A stretch of DNA of 63,800 nucleotides, the filler included, from Octopus bimaculoides (lineage: Eukaryota), in the NCBI RefSeq assembly GCF_001194135.2. It is 5 parts of 5 records of this genome, joined end to end, with 100 filler letters (N's around TTAATTAATTAA, not from the genome) between each part and the next. Parts side by side here need not be neighbours in the genome. Positions count along the whole stretch, not along the records: positions 1 to 28,057 come from NC_068989.1; 4 more parts are not named here. One strand, written 5' to 3'. The stretch's first letter is position 1, and each line of letters starts with the position of its first letter. The notes under the pieces are model-generated. The model did not search any database. It was not told where the DNA came from and saw nothing but the letters and a program-made list of their open reading frames with translations. The position numbers and the translations under genes are program-made. Below, one piece after another: positions 1 to 9,865 of this stretch.

Positions 1-213
1 CTCTCTCTCTCTCTCTCTTTCGGTCGGTCTCACTTCTCCCTGTGTTTATCTGTCTCTGTCTGTCTGTCTGTCTGTTTGTCTCTCTTTCTCTCTCTCTATG
101 TTTCTCTGTCTGTCAGTCTATCTTTCTCTATATATACGTTTCTCTGTCTCTCTTCTCTCTGTGGGTCTCTCTCTCGCTCTCTGTCTCTCACTCCCTATCT
201 CTCTCTCTCAGTT

Positions 214-275
<62 letters not shown>

Positions 276-330
276 TTGAATCGGTATCGCGCTCATTCTC
301 CCGTTCCTCTCTCTCTCTCTCTCTTTAACT
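1..330. repeat. (CT)n / (CTGT)n compound microsatellite
   Basis: Direct reading. Confidence 0.95.
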
Positions 331-711
331 GCAGGCACTACCACCGCGACTACCATGACCATCTCCAGCTATATTGTATTTTAAGTGTTCTAGTATCATA
401 GAATTGTTTCTATTGAAATTTTATATTTAGAATCCCTGCTGTTCAATAAAGAAATGGAGAATGGTCATAACTAAATGGGAATGTCATATAAAATGCTTAT
501 TTAGGCACACACACCCACCCATTATATTCCGAGTTCAAATCCAAACAGGACTAAACACATGACTCAGTTTCGAATGAATCGCGTATCTTTTTCTAAAAGA
601 TGTGTCCATATAAGAAATCCTTCCAGTTCTATATTTAAGAGATGAGAAATTATATACATTATTTACATTATTTACATTTGACGGATATTTGTCCTCATCT
701 TGTTTGTTGTT

Positions 712-758
712 AACACAACGTTTAGGCTGATATAACCCTCCAGCCTTCATCAGGTGTC
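712..758 (-). ncRNA. Minimal type I hammerhead ribozyme with a G12U substitution (probably inactive)
   Basis: Minus strand reads GACAC-CTGATGA-A-GGCTG-gagggttatat-CAGCC-TAAAC-GTT-GTGTT. Stem I GACAC/GTGTT, stem II GGCTG/CAGCC, palindromic stem III AACGTT. One core deviation: GAAAC is TAAAC. Confidence 0.7.
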
Positions 759-836
759 TTGGGGAAATTTCGAACCTGGGTTCTCATTCCTAAGGTATTT
801 TTCGATGTTATTATTATTATTAAAATTATTATTATT

Positions 837-904
837 CAGGTCACTGCTTGGAATTGAACTCGGAATCTTGGGGTTAGTAGCCCGCGCTCTTAACCACTAC
901 GCCG
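837..904 (-). mobile_element. tRNA-derived SINE head (not a tRNA gene)
   Basis: A-box-like GGCGTAGTGGT, B-box GAGTTCAATTCC (850-861), CTACTAA anticodon-like loop, no complete acceptor stem, followed by (AAT)n. Confidence 0.7.
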
Positions 905-933
905 AACAAGATGGGGACAAATATCCGACAAAT

Positions 934-1132
934 ACTCTTTTACTTGATTCAGTCATTTGACTGCAGCCATGCTGGAGCACCACCTTCAGTCGAGCAAATC
1001 GACCCCAGGACTTATTCTTTGGAAGCCTAGTACTTATTCTATCGGTTTCTTTTGCCGAACCACTAGTTAACGGGGACGTAAACACACCACCACCGGTTGT
1101 CAAGCAATGTTGGGGGAACAAACACAGACACA

Positions 1133-1182
<50 letters not shown>
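934..1182 (-). mobile_element. SINE family C, 3' half, running into its internal (CA)n tract
   Basis: Reverse complement of the 3' half of the full copy at 25665-26052 (gtaagcctagtacttattctatc, catcggttgtcaagcgatg motifs). Confidence 0.85.
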
Positions 1183-2026
1183 NNNNNNNNNNNNNNNNNN
1201 NNNNNNNNNNNNNNNNNNNNNNNNNNNNNNNNNNNNNNNNNNNNNNNNNNNNNNNNNNNNNNNNNNNNNNNNNNNNNNNNNNNNNNNNNNNNNNNNNNNN
1301 NNNNNNNNNNNNNNNNNNNNNNNNNNNNNNNNNNNNNNNNNNNNNNNNNNNNNNNNNNNNNNNNNNNNNNNNNNNNNNNNNNNNNNNNNNNNNNNNNNNN
1401 NNNNNNNNNNNNNNNNNNNNNNNNNNNNNNNNNNNNNNNNNNNNNNNNNNNNNNNNNNNNNNNNNNNNNNNNNNNNNNNNNNNNNNNNNNNNNNNNNNNN
1501 NNNNNNNNNNNNNNNNNNNNNNNNNNNNNNNNNNNNNNNNNNNNNNNNNNNNNNNNNNNNNNNNNNNNNNNNNNNNNNNNNNNNNNNNNNNNNNNNNNNN
1601 NNNNNNNNNNNNNNNNNNNNNNNNNNNNNNNNNNNNNNNNNNNNNNNNNNNNNNNNNNNNNNNNNNNNNNNNNNNNNNNNNNNNNNNNNNNNNNNNNNNN
1701 NNNNNNNNNNNNNNNNNNNNNNNNNNNNNNNNNNNNNNNNNNNNNNNNNNNNNNNNNNNNNNNNNNNNNNNNNNNNNNNNNNNNNNNNNNNNNNNNNNNN
1801 NNNNNNNNNNNNNNNNNNNNNNNNNNNNNNNNNNNNNNNNNNNNNNNNNNNNNNNNNNNNNNNNNNNNNNNNNNNNNNNNNNNNNNNNNNNNNNNNNNNN
1901 NNNNNNNNNNNNNNNNNNNNNNNNNNNNNNNNNNNNNNNNNNNNNNNNNNNNNNNNNNNNNNNNNNNNNNNNNNNNNNNNNNNNNNNNNNNNNNNNNNNN
2001 NNNNNNNNNNNNNNNNNNNNNNNNNN

Positions 2027-2235
2027 TGAGTAGTGGATTGCCCAGCTCTTCGAAACGCCGGTGTTAAAACGGGGGTAGCTGATGAAGAAGAATGTTCTCT
2101 ATGTGGCTTGTGTGTTTTCTCGTCTACGTTTTGTTTGCAATGTCCTGTACCCAGATAAGCACCTATACATACAGGTGGATGTCGGTATGCACATACCTGT
2201 ACGTATATATGCATATACTCATTTACTATTTGTTT
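2027..2235 (+). mobile_element. Dispersed repeat with hammerhead-like motifs (putative Penelope pLTR fragment)
   Basis: CGAAAC at 2051-2056, self-complementary ACGCCGGTGT at 2055-2064, CTGATGA at 2079-2085. A second, inverted copy of the body lies at 6127-6302. Confidence 0.55.
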
Positions 2236-2264
2236 ATATATATATATATATATATGTATATATA

Positions 2265-2382
2265 CGACGGGCTTCTTTCAGTTTCCGTCTACCAAATCCA
2301 CTCACAAGGCTTTGGTCGGTCCGTGGCTATAGCTGAAGACACTTGCCCAAGGTGTTACACAGTGGGACTGAACCCGAGACCA
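2265..2382 (-). mobile_element. SINE family C, 5' half (tRNA-like head, truncated)
   Basis: Matches the 5' half of 25665-26052 (gtagacggaaactgaaagaagccc, gcaagtgtctt). Probably the same insertion as 934-1182 across the gap. Confidence 0.8.
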
Positions 2383-3818
2383 AGTTAGCGTAGCTAACAT
2401 TCTTTATCAAATGATGCTGGCAGTTCAATTTTCAAGATAGAACTACAATTGACTGGAAAGAAATCGAACGAGTGCATAATTGTTTCGCTGGTCTTGATAC
2501 CACATCTAGACTCAATGACCTGTAATAATAATTATAATGATTTTTGTTTTCATTTGCCGCAACAAAAGCATAAATATCAACAACAGAACGACAATGGTTC
2601 ATGTGTTACTGAAAAATATCCTGTTTGGTTCTCAAATGAGAATAACAAAACAATTAATTCCATTTAGTTGGAAAGATTTGGAATAAGAAGAGAGCTTTTA
2701 CAATCAACTATTGAAAAATATAAAATTAATGAATAATAATTATATTTAATTGTACTCCGTTCAAAGAAAATGTTAATCATTCGGAGAATTCTGGTCATTT
2801 TTAATAATGTCTATGCATTTATAACTTGATGAATTTCGGTAAAAAAAATTTAAAAAACACTGATATATGGACATTTGTGAACACGGACGATTCTCATGTA
2901 TACATACAAGCACTGACGCAAGCAAATACAAGCACGCTTGCATACAAGAGTACAAATGTATCTACAAGTACAATCGTTAACATATATTTAGGCATATAAA
3001 AGTACACATACTTATCCACATACGTGTATGTACGCCTGTCTGTGTTTGTATACAGTTTTACATATGCAAATTTATGACTATATTTGCATACACGTGTTTA
3101 TGTCTGTGTGTATTTGTTCGTGTGTGCATAAAGATGTCTTAAACTCAATAAGAAATTCCAATAAAAACACGAACGTTAGAAATTTATCAATTTAGGAGAA
3201 TTTAATTTAGCTGCTACATCAATCATTGATACTTCTGTAAATCATAAGCAGAAGATAGTTTGTTAACATATAAATTGATAAAATAATGGCGACTAACCAA
3301 TTCGTCTATAACTACGAATAAGAAAAATCATAAGTAAATGGTCAGGAAAAAACAAATATAAAGACAATACATGCTTATAATTGCTTCCAATACTAATTAA
3401 TTAAAAAAGAAAAAAATTATATGTAATTATAAATTATATATGTTATTGAGTAGAGAAATCGACTTATAAAACGAAATTGAAGTTCAGTTGGTACAGAAAA
3501 TGGAGAAGAAATAATAGACCAGAAGGTGATTCGGTATAGCAAGTACGAATATTAAAACAGAAGTTTGAAAAACATGTGCAGAAGGAACATGAGAATAATT
3601 ATTAGTTGAAACTATATGAATAATATAAGGATTTATATCTAGAATGTAAGAATACTGGAATAACAATTTGATAAATGTAATAGAAAGTCTATTAGAATAG
3701 AGCTTAAGTAAAACTGTAGGAATAGGAGTATTTTTCATGTCAAATATTGAAATATCAGGATGACAATTGCGAACGGAGGGAGGGGAATAGTTAAATAGTA
3801 TTAGGTAACACTGTATGG

Positions 3819-4204
3819 TGGAGGCGCAATGGCCCAGTGGTTAGGGCAGTGGACTCGCGGTCATAGGATCGCAGTTTCGATTCCCAGACCGGGCGTTGTG
3901 AGTGTTTATTGAGCGAAAACACCTAAAGCTCCACGAGTCTCCGGCAAGGGATGGTGGCGAACCCTGCTGTACTCTTTCACCACAACTTTCTCTCACTCTT
4001 ACAGCCTATTTCTGTTGTGCCTGTAATTCAAAGGGTCAGCTTTGTCACTCTGTGTCACGCTGAATATCCGCGAAAACTACGTTAAGGGTACACGTGTCTG
4101 TGGAGTGCTCAGCCACTTGCACGTTAATTTCACGAGCAGGCTGTTCCGTTGATCGGATCAACTGGAACCCTCGACGTCGTAAGCGACGGAGTGCCAACAA
4201 CAAT
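3819..4204 (+). mobile_element. tRNA-derived SINE family A (tRNA-Arg-like head), full length
   Basis: Head ggaggcgcaatggcccagtggttagggcag...gtttcgattccc; tail ...cgacggagtgccaacaacaa; TSD ACTGTATG at 3810-3817 and 4205-4212. Confidence 0.9.
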
Positions 4205-4705
4205 ACTGTATGAATAATACTAGGAGTCACGTCATTTATGTAGATATAGAAGATATATTCTTAAATATCTATACCCATTACAGGTTTTTGTTGTTGTTTA
4301 GCCTCCAGACAGCTTTGAAGAAAGAATCTTATGATCAAAGGCATTCCCGATATATATCTACCCTCACTTTGCCTGTCTAATTTATATGAATTTATCTGTA
4401 CCCTATTTTCAATATGTCATTTCTCTTTATTTATTTATATACCATTTTTAAGACGGTAAATTTGTGCCAGGAGACATACTCCACTGCTGTTTCTTGCTTG
4501 TAAAATGACCATGCAGTGACTCACTCGTTGAATAGGATCAAATTATACATACAATGGGTGTTGCTGTGGTTGTTCTTGTTGATGTTGCTTCCGCCGCCAG
4601 TATTGAAAAAGAAGTTCATTTCGTGCTGCATATAGTTTTGATTATGGGTACGATATTATTGCGAAAGTTTCGATTCCCAGTTAGTCGGAACTTAGTATCG
4701 ATTCT

Positions 4706-5059
4706 AGTGGAGGCGCAATGGCCCAGTGGTTAGGGCAGCGGACTCGCGGTCATAGGATCGCGGTTTCGATTCTAAAAGCTCCACAGGGCTCCGGCAGGGT
4801 ATGGTAGCGAACCCTGCTGTACTCTTTCACCACAACTTTCTCTCACTCTTACTTCCTGTTTCAGTTGTGCCTGTAATTCAAAGGGTCAGCCTTGTCTCAC
4901 TCTGTGTCATGCTGAATATCCCCGAGAACTACATTAAGGGTACACGTTTCTGTGGAGTGCTCAGCCACTTGCACGTTAATTTCACGAGCAGGCTGTTCCG
5001 TTGATCGGATCAACTGGAACCCTCGACGTCGTAACCGACGGAGTGCCAACAAAAACAAC
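4706..5059 (+). mobile_element. SINE family A with internal deletion of about 45 bp
   Basis: Near-identical to 3819-4204; perfect 12-bp TSD AGTATCGATTCT at 4694-4705 and 5060-5071. Confidence 0.92.
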
Positions 5060-5298
5060 AGTATCGATTCTGAAGTTCAGTTGTGCTTAAGATACCTTGC
5101 ATACGCTCTTAATTCATTTGAAATGAAATAAATATAGAAATATCGTTTTATCTCACAAATTTCATCATCTAGCTTTGATACTATTAGGACCAAAATTATT
5201 TATTGCAACCGATTCGCATTCTTTGGCTCGGACAATTTTAAAGTCAAACCAGAGATCATGCATGAGTGTGTATGCATGTACATACGTAAATATGTATG

Positions 5299-5332
<34 letters not shown>

Positions 5333-5428
5333 TGTATGTATGTATGTATGTATGTATGTATGCATGTATGTATGTATGTATTCATGTAATGTATGTATGT
5401 ATATATATAACAATGTATGTATATATAT

Positions 5429-5493
<65 letters not shown>

Positions 5494-5649
5494 CATATAG
5501 CAATCTTTATCTCCAAGTTAACATGGATGTTGTTTTAAAATCCTGGTATGAATACTACTTCTGTTGCTATTAATTTCACATACACGGACACACACACGCA
5601 TATATATACATATATATACATATATATACATACGTGTGTATGTGTCTGT

Positions 5650-5681
<32 letters not shown>

Positions 5682-5744
5682 CAGAGACAGAGACAGAGAC
5701 AGAGACAGAGGAACAATGTTTAATAAATACGGTATAAACTTAAC

Positions 5745-5970
5745 GATTTGATGTAAATACAAAGTGATTGGACTTTTCGGGCGATGGTCCTTCATCAGTA
5801 GAACAAGCGAAACGTAAAGGGAGTGAGAAAGAGAAATAACCAGAGCGATAACCAAGAAGTGAAATGTTGAGTAAAGAATTAGAGACCAGGTGGAAATGTT
5901 GTTCTACGGAGGAAGGATGGATGTGTTGATGCAAGTTTAAGAAGCTATTCGCTTTTAAAACGAACATAAG
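5745..5970 (-). mobile_element. Penelope-like element 3' fragment with hammerhead relic
   Basis: Minus-strand degenerate frame ...SE*LLKL...RTTFPPGL* resembles the L.T..P.GLN C-terminus of Penelope GIY-YIG domains. Followed by CTGATGA-A-GGACCATCGCCC-GAAAA-GTC (5798-5771). Confidence 0.55.
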
Positions 5971-6126
5971 AAGGGCAGGTGTATGTGTGCTAATGTTATG
6001 AAGCAAATAACATATTTGGATTCAACATTGGAACTTCATGTTTGATCTCTGTATGGGATTACTGCTTGAATTACTTTGGATATCTTTTACTGATATACAT
6101 ACATACATGCATATATATATATATAT

Positions 6127-6302
6127 AACAAATAATAAATGAGTATATGCATATATACGTACAAGTATGTGCATACCTACATCTACCTGTATATATAGGT
6201 GCATATCTGGGTACAGGACATTGCAGACATAACGTAGACAAAAAAATAATAATAACCAGAGTACAGAAAACACACAGGCCACATAGAGAACATTTTCCTT
6301 CA
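6127..6302 (-). mobile_element. Second, inverted copy of the 2085-2235 repeat
   Basis: Reverse complement shares aatgtcctgtacccagata.gcacctata.atacagg..gatgt.ggtatgcacatac.tgtacgtatatatgcatatactcattta with 2135-2225. Confidence 0.75.
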
Positions 6303-6864
6303 TATATGTGTGNNNNNNNNNNNNNNNNNNNNNNNNNNNNNNNNNNNNNNNNNNNNNNNNNNNNNNNNNNNNNNNNNNNNNNNNNNNNNNNNNNNNNNNN
6401 NNNNNNNNNNNNNNNNNNNNNNNNNNNNNNNNNNNNNNNNNNNNNNNNNNNNNNNNNNNNNNNNNNNNNNNNNNNNNNNNNNNNNNNNNNNNNNNNNNNN
6501 NNNNNNNNNNNNNNNNNNNNNNNNNNNNNNNNNNNNNNNNNNNNNNNNNNNNNNNNNNNNNNNNNNNNNNNNNNNNNNNNNNNNNNNNNNNNNNNNNNNN
6601 NNTGTATGTAATTCACGCACATGTAAGAATGGAGAAAAGAGAGGATTACAATGTTGGAAGAAGCAGGGTAATATCTTGATAGAAATAATAATATTTGTTC
6701 TCTTTCATGTTTATTTATTTAAATCGAGTCAGTTTTGTCACACAACACCTTCAGTTTACCTTTTACTTTATCAGCCAAATTTACATGGAAATTTTTCTTT
6801 ACATACAGTATAAAGATACACAGATAATGCATGGAAATTTCAAGGTTGTGCATGTTTTTATTTG

Positions 6865-6897
<33 letters not shown>

Positions 6898-8057
6898 CTT
6901 GAAGATAGATACCGTATGATCAAGGGGATACAAGAATAAGAAGTGATGGTTTGTTTAGAGAATGTACTATGAGTTTCTTTTCTTTTCTCCATTTTTTTTT
7001 CTATTTTTCCATTTCGAAATACTTGCTTGACGGAAGTTCTGTTGTAGTCGAATTACATGAAGCCACATTTGCTACTTTTGTTTGAATCTGGAATATTTTA
7101 TTTCTTTTAGCCCTTCCTTTCTATCAAATTATGTCTAATACTTCTGTTTCGTTTTTGTAACTCAAGATCACTTATTGCCACACGATTTAATGGTCCTAAG
7201 GAAAGTTTATAACTCATATCAGTTTCTAAACAGCTCAAAATGTACGCAGTGCTTCATGATGGATTTCTTAGCACTGCTCATCTCCTATCCTTTCACCTTT
7301 TGCATTGTAAGATAATTCTTACTAATATTTCATCTCTTTTTTGTCGTCAGCTAGAGAGCAAAAGCAGAGTATGGTTTGTTGCATTGAAGCAGAACTTGAA
7401 GCAGAATGCCGCTCATCATCTCGAGATGCTTTTGTTATCGAATTTCCATTTTGATGCTGAAAGCTATCTATAATATATAATATATTACCTTTTTTTCCGA
7501 ATCACAAAGCACTCGCATGTGGTCAGAGTTGTTGCTTAAAACATATGGTTAACATTATTGTAATTCTTATTCCTTTCCTTATTTCTGTTGATGATATATT
7601 CTTTTGCTATGACAGCGGTGTGGAAGAATATGTTGAGACATCATTATTACTATTAATTACATTACAAAAGTATGATAGAAGCCTCAACTTGAACAGCTTT
7701 ATATAAAAGCCATACTATGAACAGTTATGTTTCGCAAAGTTATTCTCAGCTTACGTCCCTGGAGACCATTGTAATTCAAATAATGAAGGAACTTGATAAA
7801 GTAAGGCCAATAAAATATTAAAGTTATTTAATTTGACTGTTTCTCTCCGTCCAAAGCATTTGCCCTCGTCTGTAGACGAGGTCAGAATAGCACTGGAGTA
7901 TTAAGTTGTCAAGAAAGTTCTTGCGGAATTTTAAATTTTGGTATTAAATGATGTATTTTCAAATTAATTTTCGCTAAATTACTTTGACGTTATATATCAT
8001 TTTAAAACCCGTTTTTCGCTCTATCTAAATTTTTTGCTACCCTGAGATTTAGTAATA

Positions 8058-8115
<58 letters not shown>

Positions 8116-8794
8116 NNNNNNNNNNNNNNNNNNNNNNNNNNNNNNNNNNNNNNNNNNNNNNNNNNNNNNNNNNNNNNNNNNNNNNNNNNNNNNNNNNNNN
8201 NNNNNNNNNNNNNNNNNNNNNNNNNNNNNNNNNNNNNNNNNNNNNNNNNNNNNNNNNNNNNNNNNNNNNNNNNNNNNNNNNNNNNNNNNNNNNNNNNNNN
8301 NNNNNNNNNNNNNNNNNNNNNNNNNNNNNNNNNNNNNNNNNNNNNNNNNNNNNNNNNNNNNNNNNNNNNNNNNNNNNNNNNNNNNNNNNNNNNNNNNNNN
8401 NNNNNNNNNNNNNNNNNNNNNNNNNNNNNNNNNNNNNNNNNNNNNNNNNNNNNNNNNNNNNNNNNNNNNNNNNNNNNNNNNNNNNNNNNNNNNNNNNNNN
8501 NNNNNNNNNNNNNNNNNNNNNNNNNNNNNNNNNNNNNNNNNNNNNNNNNNNNNNNNNNNNNNNNNNNNNNNNNNNNNNNNNNNNNNNNNNNNNNNNNNNN
8601 NNNNNNNNNNNNNNNNNNNNNNNNNNNNNNNNNNNNNNNNNNNNNNNNNNNNNNNNNNNNNNNNNNNNNNNNNNNNNNNNNNNNNNNNNNNNNNNNNNNN
8701 NNNNNNNNNNNNNNNNNNNNNNNNNNNNNNNNNNNNNNNNNNNNNNNNNNNNNNNNNNNNNNNNNNNNNNNNNNNNNNNNNNNNNNNNNNNNNN

Positions 8795-8869
<75 letters not shown>

Positions 8870-9483
8870 CTGTGTCTGGTATTTTGTAATCGCGCAGACG
8901 CTTCCCTTATTATAAAACTAGCCAAATGACGATAGATATCAGTGAGATAGTTAGCTTTATTAGTGCTGCCCTTGTTTGTATTATTGCGGTACTTGTATAA
9001 TCCTTAATTATCCCTAGTCCAGAAGGCCTAATCCAAACACATTCCAGTCGACACCACGCATTTATGTAACAATGGGCCGGTGTTATATTTGCAAGCTGCT
9101 CCGGTTGTCCACCATTTTCCACTGTATAATAATACACCTATCGATTAACTCTAACGCTGATAACCCTTCATATTTTTAAATAGATATTCGAGAACATTGC
9201 AGCCTTCATTATTTCGTATGGTTTTAGATCTAGTTTATTGTTTCTATTGTCTTTTAGTTTATATCATGGTTCATAAGGATCTTATATTTAATCAGACCAA
9301 GATGTGATCGAATTTATCATTAGTGTCGTTGCGTAATAATTTGGCGGTTTATAGGGTTTGTTGGGTTTGGCAATTGCTAGTATTGTATAATTGTGACTTA
9401 CGTATATTCCTAGATTTTGATTTGTTATTCACATATATTTGATATATCGTTCAGTGTTAGTTGTTGGCAGCCATTGTAGTTAT

Positions 9484-9865
9484 GTTGTTGGCACTCCGTC
9501 GCTTACGACGTCGAGGGCTCCAGTTGATCTGATCAACGGAACAGTCTGCTCGTGAAATTAATGTGCAAGTGGCTGAGCACTCCACAGACATGTGTACCCT
9601 TAACGTAGTTCTCGGGGATATTCAGAGGGACACAGTGTTACAAGGCTGGCCCTTTGAATTACAGGCACAACAGAAACAGGAAGTAAGAGTGAGAGAAAGT
9701 TGTGGCGGAAGAGTACAGCAGGGTTCACCACCATCCCCTGCCGGAGCCTCGTGGAGCATTAGGTGTTTTCGCTCAATAAACATTCACAACGCCCGGTCTA
9801 GGAATCGAAACCGCGATCCTATGACCGCGAGTCCGCTGCCCTAACCACCAGGCCATTGCGCCTCC
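9484..9865 (-). mobile_element. SINE family A, full length
   Basis: Reverse complement of 3819-4204; TSD TGTAGTTAT at 9475-9483 and 9866-9874. Confidence 0.92.

Larger units (their letters stand above)
620..933 (-). mobile_element. Composite tRNA-headed, hammerhead-containing retroelement (SINE or Penelope-pLTR-like)
   Basis: Minus-strand order: tRNA-like head (904-837), (AAT)n linker, body, hammerhead (758-712), tail with AATGTAAAT repeats. 29-bp inverted repeat at 676-704 and 905-933 (27/29 identical). Confidence 0.7.
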
